Below are positions 18,101-24,464 of a DNA stretch of 64,000 nt, piece by piece. The position numbers and the translations under genes are program-made. The stretch covers positions 18,540-82,539 of the forward strand of contig CAIPWR010000041.1 in the NCBI GenBank assembly GCA_903868795.1. The letters are read 5' to 3'. The notes beneath the pieces are model-generated. The model had not been told where the DNA came from. It ran no database searches and saw only the letters and a program-made list of their open reading frames with translations. How positions within the stretch are numbered: position 1 is the first letter of the stretch; each line of letters begins with the position of its first letter. The stretch comes from an uncultured Spartobacteria bacterium. GTDB taxonomy: Bacteria > Verrucomicrobiota > Verrucomicrobiia > Chthoniobacterales > UBA6821.

Positions 18101-18671
18101 TAGGACTGGGCGTAGCCGTGGGGACCGGTGTTGGTGTGGGCGTTGCCGTCGGTTTCGGAGTCGCCGTTGGCGAGGGAGTTGGCGTGGCGGTCGGGGAGGG
18201 TTTGGGTGTCGCCGTAGGCACCGGGGTTGGCGAAGGGGTCGGAGTGGGTGTTGCTCCGGGAAGTAGGAACGAAAGAGGCACGCTGGTGCCGTTGAAGGTT
18301 AATTTGGAGGGTTTGGTCGGATTAGTGGCGATTGCATTGAGCTGAAGTCCGATCGTCACCGATCCCTTGGCGGGAATTGTGGCGGTCCAAGATGCCGGAA
18401 GGATGGAGTATCCACCCGAGATCGAACTGGCCGTTCCATTCCAGGCGCTCGTGACTTGATCAGGAGTGGAGAGATTGGCGTTCCAGTTGGTGAGGCCTGC
18501 GGTGCCGGAATTTGCGAGGACGAGGTTGGCGATGTAACCGCCGCTCCATGTCGAGGTGACCTGGAAGGATCCGGTGACGGCTGCCTGGGCCGGAGGGATG
18601 GCCAGCATGGCGGCAGCAAGAAAGGCAAGGAGGTGTGTTTTCATGGTATTTTTACTTTGATAGTTAGTCAT
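15126..18671 (-). CDS. secreted multidomain chitinase: signal peptide - CBM2 - PT linker - CBM2 - PT linker - GH18 - PT linker - unknown lysozyme-like C-terminal domain
   Basis: The start is set at MTNYQ (18671), preceded by GGGGGAG; MKTHLL (18644) is an alternative. Signal peptide ...AIPPAQA. Two CBM2-type modules lie at about nt 18581-18264 and 18092-17772 (W.GGY.AN...WN...P.SW...IP..GS). GH18 catalytic motif DGLDVDYE (E codon at 17139-17141). There are three Pro/Thr linkers. The C-terminal ~395 aa (16316-15129) has GGPYQIN and AYNQG motifs. Confidence 0.85.
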   Translation of the reverse strand: MTNYQSKNTMKTHLLAFLAAAMLAIPPAQAAVTGSFQVTSTWSGGYIANLVLANSGTAGLTNWNANLSTPDQVTSAWNGTASSISGGYSILPASWTATIPAKGSVTIGLQLNAIATNPTKPSKLTFNGTSVPLSFLLPGATPTPTPSPTPVPTATPKPSPTATPTPSPTATPKPTATPTPTPVPTATPSPTPGITALTGLFQVTSVWDTGYNANLIINNVGTSALASWSAALSDADTVASIWNATSSSVTGGYQIIPASWNASIPAGGSVSVGFTFNGAPPAKPSRLVVNGTSIPLSVAVPAASPTPTPTPSPTPNATPSATPTATPTPTPSPTATPVPSPSATPVPTPVATPTPTPSSSGSGLSARHLTGYFPSWSDPYYYYAGYSGTPMTDAQLIAASKLAAISQTPYTDICIAFAQPNFSWSGIAANTWTGTGIQFSSAPQDVAQAIRLLHQAGQRVLLSVGGATYGNWAGLAAEAGKTAGASTTPIRTALAQIMVDLKIDGLDVDYEVNGADSVTVSNYAQAIQAMREAIDQANSADGRARQLAVAAWSTGADYTAAVHNPTNANQISYWGGSAGRERLTFASTITTGAYAGRTVGALPDAVNIMSYDAGYQHYDPTVAYDEYRALLPATTAVSIGLEIPNEAWGGAILVVNNADAYQAGTVIQLDQYGKVLNAPYSVQRNAAHVLANGVNPKDGLMVWDLLLTTPIALTGPTGASVSSAVPSTIASAAVTLFGSGTATPIPSPSPSPTQTPSASPTPVPSPTATPTPSPTSSPTPTPAPSSGSVITSGSLGFHYYYGVSPTSPQDTMTLDGDTYTDLILSNLTAGVMYGHLIQKATPGILFSKDYLYGSLLGQLLQENIASQYYTKGSTQLAPSPLQAAVMGAGQGGPYQINNYAADMVGGSYAPAGFSLINYVALQKNIGYTMAGAANQHSLPTPSSFNDLYFGPMLCAYFHFNDYVALQYIGGTSLSTPWSPASYGWTPQWQPYFYSSLGKFIGLADSPLEILLNQAYNQGYYGPLLTASSKSCQNATTATVAAMGSFSNAWGGDSYAQYPYQVRGYLNQLFNIPTPSTTNLSVTTTSSNHVAVNMGSLGTLFSNIFQKLGYVNSTGVYGTVPAASAQSAYQSALSINGLTSTVVLDLGNASDRSKIYSVLEQAISTLEKNLGTDFTSVTMSQL

Positions 18672-18725
18672 GCGTCTCCCCCCCGGTTGTTCAAAATACT
18701 TATCCCCATTGGAAAAAAAGTTCCC

Positions 18726-18754
18726 TTGACCACAAGCGGACTCAGGTTGATATT
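18726..18754 (+). promoter_or_regulatory. candidate sigma70-type promoter for the SAM-riboswitch leader
   Basis: TTGACC (18726-18731), a 17-nt spacer, then GATATT (18749-18754). This places a start about 7 nt downstream, at the 5' edge of the aptamer. Confidence 0.45.
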
Positions 18755-18763
18755 CGGCGCTCA

Positions 18764-18878
18764 ATCTTATCAAGAGTGACGGAGGGACTGGCCCGCTGAT
18801 GTCACGGCAACCGCTGCGAGGCTTCTCGTAGGCCCAGGTGCCAAATCCAGCTCCGAGCATTCGGGGAAAAGATGAGAT
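18764..18878 (+). promoter_or_regulatory. SAM-I (S-box) riboswitch aptamer
   Basis: AUCUUAUCAAGAG-UGAC-GGAGGGACUGGCCC-GCUGAUGUCAC-GGCAACC...GGUGCCAAAUCCAGC...AAAAGAUGAGAU. P1 pairs 18764-18771 with 18871-18878. P2 is GUGAC/GUCAC. All core conserved blocks of the S-box are present. Confidence 0.9.
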
Positions 18879-18961
18879 ACTTGGCAGAGTCGATGGTCCC
18901 CAGGGATCCGGCACCAGGTCTCCTCGGCACTCTTGATGGGAACACAACCGACCGAGATCCC

Positions 18962-20218
18962 ATGTCCAAGAAACCTTTTTTCAATAATCTGAAATGCCGT
19001 GAATGCGGACGACTCTACGAGAAAGAGGCGATCCACATCTGTGAATTCGATTTTGGCCCGCTCGAGGCTGCCTACGACTACGATGCAATCCGCAGCGTCC
19101 TCACCCGCGAGCTGATCGAGTCCCGCCCCCAGACGATGTGGCGCTATCGCGAGTTGCTCCCGATCGACGGTGAGCCGACCGTAGGCACTCAGGTGGGCTT
19201 TACACCGCTAGTGAAGGCCGACCGCTTGGCCAAGGCCCTCGGCATCCGCGAGCTCTGGATCAAGAACGACTCGGTCAATTACCCCACGCTCTCCTTCAAG
19301 GACCGTGTGGTTTCCGTGGCGCTAAGCCGCGCCCGCGAGCTCGGATTCGAGGTGGTCGCCTGCGCCTCCACCGGCAATCTGGCGAACTCCGTCGCCGCCA
19401 ACGCCGCCAATGCGGGACTCAAGAGCTATGTCCTGATCCCCTCCAACCTCGAGCAGGGTAAGGTGCTCGGCTCCCTCGTCTACGGCACCAATGTCATCGG
19501 GATCAAGGGCCCCTACGATCAGGTGAACCGTCTCTGCTCGGAGATTGCCGGCAAGTACGGCTGGGGCTTCGTGAATGTGAATCTTCGCCCATACTATGCG
19601 GAGGGTTCCAAGACCATGGGCTTCGAGATTGCCGAGCAGCTCGGATGGAAACTCCCGCGCCACACCGTGGCCTGCATGGCCTCCGGATCGCTGCTGACCA
19701 AGATTCACAAGGCCTACAAGGAATTCATTGATCTCGGGATCGTCGAGCAGAGTGATTTCACGATTCATGGTGCTCAGGCCTCCGGGTGCTCTCCGATCAG
19801 TACTGCCTTCAAGGCGGGCAGCGAGATGGTCAAGCCCGTTCAAAACCCTGACACCATCGCCAAATCACTTGCGATCGGAACGCCGGCCGATGGTTACTAC
19901 GCCATCCGCAGCATGAAGGAGACGGGCGGTAGCTGTGAGGACTGCAGTGATGAGGAGATCGTCGAGGGGATCAAACTCCTGGCCGAGACGACCGGCATTT
20001 TTGCCGAGACGGCCGGCGGCGTTACCGTGGCCTGCGCCAAGAAACTCATTGAGACAGGTAAAATTCCCAAGGATGAGAGCGCCGTCCTCTGCATCACCGG
20101 CCATGGTCTCAAGACCCAGGAGGCGATCATCGGCAAGGTCGGCGAGCCCCGTGTCATCGGTGCGAGCCTGCGTGAATTCGAAGCCCTGGTCGCCGACGAG
20201 GTCAACGTCAAATCCTGA
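18962..20218 (+). CDS. threonine-synthase-family PLP enzyme (second paralog; MetM-like candidate homocysteine synthase)
   Basis: 418 aa from MSKKPFF. N-terminal zinc-ribbon-like KCRECG...HICEF. PLP-lysine motif YPTLSFKDRV. Tryptophan-synthase-beta-like fold. The ORF-track start at 18872 would fall inside the riboswitch. Confidence 0.85.
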   Translation: MSKKPFFNNLKCRECGRLYEKEAIHICEFDFGPLEAAYDYDAIRSVLTRELIESRPQTMWRYRELLPIDGEPTVGTQVGFTPLVKADRLAKALGIRELWIKNDSVNYPTLSFKDRVVSVALSRARELGFEVVACASTGNLANSVAANAANAGLKSYVLIPSNLEQGKVLGSLVYGTNVIGIKGPYDQVNRLCSEIAGKYGWGFVNVNLRPYYAEGSKTMGFEIAEQLGWKLPRHTVACMASGSLLTKIHKAYKEFIDLGIVEQSDFTIHGAQASGCSPISTAFKAGSEMVKPVQNPDTIAKSLAIGTPADGYYAIRSMKETGGSCEDCSDEEIVEGIKLLAETTGIFAETAGGVTVACAKKLIETGKIPKDESAVLCITGHGLKTQEAIIGKVGEPRVIGASLREFEALVADEVNVKS

Positions 20219-20268
20219 CATCCTCAGACCCCTATAACCTATCACCCCAACCCTATCCCCTAATCCCC

Positions 20269-20541
20269 ATGCCCACCGTCCGCATCCCAACCCCGCTTCG
20301 TAAACTCACCAACAATCATGAGGAGGTCGTTGCCTCCGGCGCCACCCTCGGCGCCGTTCTTGATGAGCTCAATGCTACCTTCCCCGGTCTCGGCGAGCGC
20401 ATCGTCGACGAGAACGGCGTGATCCGCCGTTTCGTGAACATCTTCGTGAACGACGAGGATGTGCGGTTCCTGCAGGAGAAGGAGACCCCAATCAAGGAGG
20501 CCGACGTGATCTCCATTGTTCCAGCAATCGCCGGAGGCTAG
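20269..20541 (+). CDS. MoaD/ThiS-family ubiquitin-like sulfur carrier protein
   Basis: 90 aa with a beta-grasp-type sequence that ends ...ISIVPAIAGG (C-terminal Gly-Gly immediately before the stop). Confidence 0.85.
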   Translation: MPTVRIPTPLRKLTNNHEEVVASGATLGAVLDELNATFPGLGERIVDENGVIRRFVNIFVNDEDVRFLQEKETPIKEADVISIVPAIAGG

Positions 20542-20559
20542 GGTCCCTACACGCCCCGC

Positions 20560-20838
20560 TTGCCCAACAAGAGAAAAGAACCGATCATAGAAATCATGGA
20601 AACGACACGCCTCTGGCTCATGTATCCGGCGAAGCTCATCACTCGCCCCATCGTCTATGAACTCGGACACAAGTTCTCCGTGACGACAAATGTCCGCCAA
20701 GCAAGCGTGACCAATGAGATCGGCCTCGTCTGCCTCGAGCTCATCGGAGAGCGCGGCGAAATCAAGCGGTCTATCGCCTGGCTGGAGGAGCTTGGAGTCA
20801 AGGTCGAACCGGTTGAGATCAACACCATCGAAGGCTAA
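20560..20838 (+). CDS. stand-alone NIL-domain protein
   Basis: The pattern RLWLMYPAKLITRPIVYELGHKFSVTTNVRQASVTNEIGLVCLELIGERGEIKRSIAWLEELGVKVEPVE matches the NIL-domain pattern known from the MetN C-terminus. The start may be METT at 20596. Confidence 0.75.
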   Translation: MPNKRKEPIIEIMETTRLWLMYPAKLITRPIVYELGHKFSVTTNVRQASVTNEIGLVCLELIGERGEIKRSIAWLEELGVKVEPVEINTIEG

Positions 20839-20851
20839 TCTTTTTCACGTC

Positions 20852-21304
20852 ATGAAAATCTCCCTAGGTAGCGACCACGCAGGATTCGAGTATAAGCAGG
20901 CGATCGCCGAAATGCTTCGCACGCAGGGGCACGAGGTGATTGATTGCGGCACACACTCTGCTGACTCGACCGACTATCCGCTCTGGTGCATCCCCGCTGC
21001 CGAGAAGGTGGCGAACGGCGAGGCCGACAAAGGGATCGTCTTTGGGGGTTCCGGAAACGGGGAAGCAATCGCTGCCAACAAGGTCAAGGGAGTCCGCTGC
21101 GCCATCGCCTGGAGTGATGAGACGGCCCGCCTCGGAAGTGAACATAACAATGCGAATGTCCTCTCGATCGGCGAGCGCATGGTCTCGCTCGAGACCGCCA
21201 AGCGCCTTGTCGACATCTGGCTCTCCACCCCGTTCGAGGGAGGCCGTCACCTCAAACGCATTGAGGAATTGGCCCGGTACGAGTTGGGACAGCCGATGAA
21301 GTAG
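20852..21304 (+). CDS. rpiB: ribose-5-phosphate isomerase B
   Basis: MKISLGSDHAGFEYK...GGSGNGEAIAANKVKGVRCA...ARLGSEHNNANVLSIG, typical RpiB/LacAB. The ORF-track start at 20714 overlaps the NIL gene and is rejected. Confidence 0.9.
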   Translation: MKISLGSDHAGFEYKQAIAEMLRTQGHEVIDCGTHSADSTDYPLWCIPAAEKVANGEADKGIVFGGSGNGEAIAANKVKGVRCAIAWSDETARLGSEHNNANVLSIGERMVSLETAKRLVDIWLSTPFEGGRHLKRIEELARYELGQPMK

Positions 21305-21347
21305 AGAAAGTTAAGAACACTTTGGCTGAAACTGCTTCAGCCCGTGG

Positions 21348-22580
21348 CTATTTGACCGCCACAATCACTGCGGTTGCATTGTCTTTGCCTGAGGAGGTCG
21401 TGGCTTCTGACGCAAGATGTTGGGCAGGTGTGATGGCTTTGGGGCATCCCTTCAAAATCTCGGCGATTCTTTGATCCGAGAGTCCGTCGGTAATGCCGTC
21501 CGAGCAGATAAGAAAACGATCGCCGGATGAGCAGGAGATCTCTCCGACCTGCGGGTTCACGAACTGATTGCCTGCGCCAAGCGCTTTTTGGAGACGGTTT
21601 TTAGCAGGATGCATGCGCGCCTCTAGCTCGCTGATCTGACCGGTGCGTCGAAGCCATCCGACATGGGTGTCGTCGTCGGTGAGTTGGGTGATTTTGCCAT
21701 CCTTGGACAGATGGTAGATCCGGGTATCTCCGATGTGGGCGAAGTGCATCATCTCTTCCGAGAACCAGCAGAGGCTTAAGGTCGAGCCCATGCCGTGGCA
21801 CTCCTCGTAGCTGTCGCCCAGATACTGGAGGGCCTTATGAATCTCGGCAAAGAGGGTTTCGAACGCCGCCCCGTAGCTGATCGGCGTTCCCACGGCGCGA
21901 TGGCGGATGAGGGGAGGGATCATTCGGGTGATTTTTTCGACGGTGATCCGGCTGGCGAATTCCCCTGCATTCGCGCCGCCCATTCCGTCGCTGACCGCGA
22001 AGATTAAATCGGCTTCATTCGATGACTCCCCGACTTTTCCGAGATGACGCACATCCTCCTCATGGATCGCCAATCCGACGAAGGAGTCCTCATTGTTGCC
22101 ACGCGACGGGCCTTTGTCCGAGCAACCTGACCAAGAAATCGAGAGGGATTTAGCCGGTGATCGCGGTACGGTTGGCTTGGTCTCCGGTTTACTCGTGGAC
22201 TTGAGAGAATCCAGCACCGTGGCAAATTCGAAGTCGATCAAGCAGAAGCGCCCGTCCTGCTGTCGATAGGTGACATTACGCAGTTCCGGATCATCGTGAC
22301 GGACGCCGTAATGTTCTAGCTCGTCAAAGAGTTCCTTGCAGCGTTGCGGATCAAGCTGATCAACACGGGAGCCGCAGTTCGTGGTCACGAGCAGGAGTTT
22401 CTCAGGATCCGCAGAGATCACGCGGGGGACGAAGGGGCACCCGGTTTTTTCCAAGTGGCGAAGCACATGCAGCTCGTTGTCAAAGCGCTCCTGCGCCTTG
22501 GGACCGTGAAAATGTTTACGCACGCTCCCGTCGAAGCAAACCTGGACTGTGGCGCGCTGGGTGTCCTTGACGGTGAGCAT
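21348..22580 (-). CDS. fusion of a minimal protein-kinase-like domain and a PP2C-family Ser/Thr phosphatase
   Basis: The N-terminal ~125 aa carry VRKHF (beta3 Lys), FDNELHVLRHL (alphaC Glu), HDDPELRNV (HxD....N catalytic loop) and IDFEFA (DFG-like). The C-terminal half has PP2C motifs GNNEDSF, VSDGMGG, ICSDGITDGL, GKDNATAVIV. Confidence 0.8.
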   Translation of the reverse strand: MLTVKDTQRATVQVCFDGSVRKHFHGPKAQERFDNELHVLRHLEKTGCPFVPRVISADPEKLLLVTTNCGSRVDQLDPQRCKELFDELEHYGVRHDDPELRNVTYRQQDGRFCLIDFEFATVLDSLKSTSKPETKPTVPRSPAKSLSISWSGCSDKGPSRGNNEDSFVGLAIHEEDVRHLGKVGESSNEADLIFAVSDGMGGANAGEFASRITVEKITRMIPPLIRHRAVGTPISYGAAFETLFAEIHKALQYLGDSYEECHGMGSTLSLCWFSEEMMHFAHIGDTRIYHLSKDGKITQLTDDDTHVGWLRRTGQISELEARMHPAKNRLQKALGAGNQFVNPQVGEISCSSGDRFLICSDGITDGLSDQRIAEILKGCPKAITPAQHLASEATTSSGKDNATAVIVAVK

Positions 22581-22754
22581 GATGAAAAAGACTGAAGGTT
22601 TTTAGGCTAAAGACTATTAGGTCAGAGAGCCGGCAGCGGATGGAAGAGGCAATTTAAAGAAACAAGAGGTCCTGTTTTTGCCTTTGCACAATCAGCTTGC
22701 AGTCTAAACCGCCATGAGACTCGAAATCCATGCAGTGCGGATATTTTCTCATTT

Positions 22755-22770
22755 TGGCATTGAAGTTGCT
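22755..22770 (+). promoter_or_regulatory. sigma54 (-24/-12) type promoter upstream of glnII
   Basis: TGGCATTGAAGTTGCT fits TGGCAC-N5-TTGCW with exact GG-to-GC spacing. It lies about 110 nt upstream of the glnII ATG. glnII is classically NtrC/sigma54-dependent in rhizobia. Confidence 0.6.
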
Positions 22771-22881
22771 TGATCCTTTTGTGCCCGATCCTAAAGTCGG
22801 GATATCACCCACCGTCGGTAGTCCGCAACGCGAAGGGTGATCAAAAAAAGACACCGGACACACCACAACCACCCCAATCAC

Positions 22882-23904
22882 ATGGCGAAGTACAAACTCG
22901 AATACATCTGGCTCGACGGTTACGAGCCGGTTCCCAACCTCCGCAGCAAGACCACGATCAAGGAGTTCTCCAAGGCTCCCACGCTGAAGGATCTCCCGAT
23001 GTGGGGTTTCGACGGTAGTTCGACCCGACAGGCCGAGGGTAAGAGCAGCGATTGTCTCCTCAAGCCCGTCGCCAGCTACGTCGACCCGACCCGCGAGAAC
23101 GGTTATCTCGTCATGTGCGAGGTACTCATGCCCGATGGCAAGCCGCATCCCTCAAATTCCCGCGCCACGATTCTCGACGACCCTGACACTTGGTTCGGAT
23201 TCGAGCAGGAGTATTTCCTTTATAAGGATGGCGCACCTCTTGGCTTCCCCAAGGGCGGCTTCCCCACCGAAGGGCAGGGCAGGTTCTACTGCGGAGTCGG
23301 CTTCAACGCAGTCGGTGATATTGCCCGCGACATCGTCGAGGAGCACCTTGATATCTGCCTCGAGATGGGAATCAACCATGAGGGTATCAATGCCGAGGTG
23401 GCCAAGGGTCAGTGGGAATTCCAGATCTTCGGCAAGGGCTCCAAGAAGGCCGCCGACGAAATCTGGCTCGCCCGCTATATTCTCATGCGCGTCTGCGAGA
23501 AGTACGGCGTCGACGTTGAGTTCCACTGCAAGCCGCTTGGCAAGGATGTTGACTGGAACGGCTCCGGAATGCACTGCAACTTCTCGACCAAGTTCATGCG
23601 CGAGAAGGGTGGCAAAAAGTACTTCGAGAAGCTCATGGCGGCATTCGACAAGTTCAAGGACGAGCACATCGCCGTCTACGGACCAGACAATCACTTCCGC
23701 CTCACTGGTCTCCACGAGACTCAGTCGATCGATAAGTTCAGCTATGGAGTTGCCGATCGAGGCGCTTCGATCCGCGTCCCTCACAGCTTCGTGAACAACG
23801 AGTACAAGGGCTATCTCGAGGATCGTCGTCCGAATTCCCAGGGCGATCCGTACAAGATCGCCAGCCGCGTTCTTCAGACCATCAAGACTGTTCCGCTCAA
23901 GTAA
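22882..23904 (+). CDS. glnII: glutamine synthetase type II (eukaryote-like GSII)
   Basis: MAKYKLEYIWLDGYEPVPNLRSKT...WGFDGSSTRQAEG...GINAEVAKGQWEFQIFG...DWNGSGMHCNFST...YGVADRGASIRVP...EDRRPNSQGDPY. It is near-colinear with rhizobial GlnII as I remember it. Confidence 0.92.
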   Translation: MAKYKLEYIWLDGYEPVPNLRSKTTIKEFSKAPTLKDLPMWGFDGSSTRQAEGKSSDCLLKPVASYVDPTRENGYLVMCEVLMPDGKPHPSNSRATILDDPDTWFGFEQEYFLYKDGAPLGFPKGGFPTEGQGRFYCGVGFNAVGDIARDIVEEHLDICLEMGINHEGINAEVAKGQWEFQIFGKGSKKAADEIWLARYILMRVCEKYGVDVEFHCKPLGKDVDWNGSGMHCNFSTKFMREKGGKKYFEKLMAAFDKFKDEHIAVYGPDNHFRLTGLHETQSIDKFSYGVADRGASIRVPHSFVNNEYKGYLEDRRPNSQGDPYKIASRVLQTIKTVPLK

Positions 23905-23927
23905 TCGCGACGGTCAGTATTACTCAG

Positions 23928-23964
23928 AAAACCGCCATCCCGAGAGGGGTGGCGGTTTTCTTTT
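23928..23964 (+). terminator. rho-independent terminator after glnII
   Basis: AAAACCGCCATCC-CGAGAG-GGGTGGCGGTTTTCTTTT: a GC-rich stem followed by a T tract. Confidence 0.8.
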
Positions 23965-24029
23965 GGCGTGAAAGGATGAAGACAGAAGTATGAATCATAA
24001 AAGCAAGCATCTGAAAGGTAGGGCCAGCT

Positions 24030-24320
24030 CGTTGTTTCAACCTTCAACCTTCCTAATCCCAAAATTTGCATTAGCAACCATCTAGCCGGAATGCCGAGGA
24101 GTTAAAATCTTTAGAAAGGTTGAAGCGTAACAACATGGAGATGGGGGGGCATCGGGTCATCGGATGCTGGTGTCCTCTAGAGGAGGTATTTCCGATTCAT
24201 GATGATTGGATTCAGTCCTTTTTAACCTTTTTAACTTTGTAGCAATTTTAACGATCGCTGAGATCACGATCCAGGTGAAGCATCCAAACCTGTTGCCAGG
24301 ACGCTATCGCATCATCCGGG
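24030..24320. repeat. Composite AT-rich intergenic element, copy B (upstream of rpoA)
   Basis: AAC/AAT words at 24039, 24046, 24055. Inverted GTT/GTA words at 24101, 24119, 24127. AAC words at 24224, 24233, 24250. The tail 24253-24320 matches 4976-5043, and the spacer shares GTCATCGGATGC / GGATTCAG blocks with copy A. Confidence 0.7.
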
Positions 24321-24464
24321 ATAATTCATCCTTGCAGCCCGCACTGAGCGGGCTATTCTACCCAACCGCGCATCAAACATTTGCCGTCGGTCCTTGGGTG
24401 ATCAGCACTTACTGGTCATCGAAACGCGCCAAGGGAAACCCGGCAACGAGAAACACAAGACATC

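Noticed and set aside
16314-18257. Short-period DNA repeats (16314-16451, 17592-17768, 18093-18257) that superficially look like tandem repeat arrays
   Set aside because: They are in-frame Pro/Thr/Ser/Ala linker segments (TPTPSPTA-type) between domains of the chitinase. They are not CRISPR or satellite repeats, but they are a possible source of assembly length errors.
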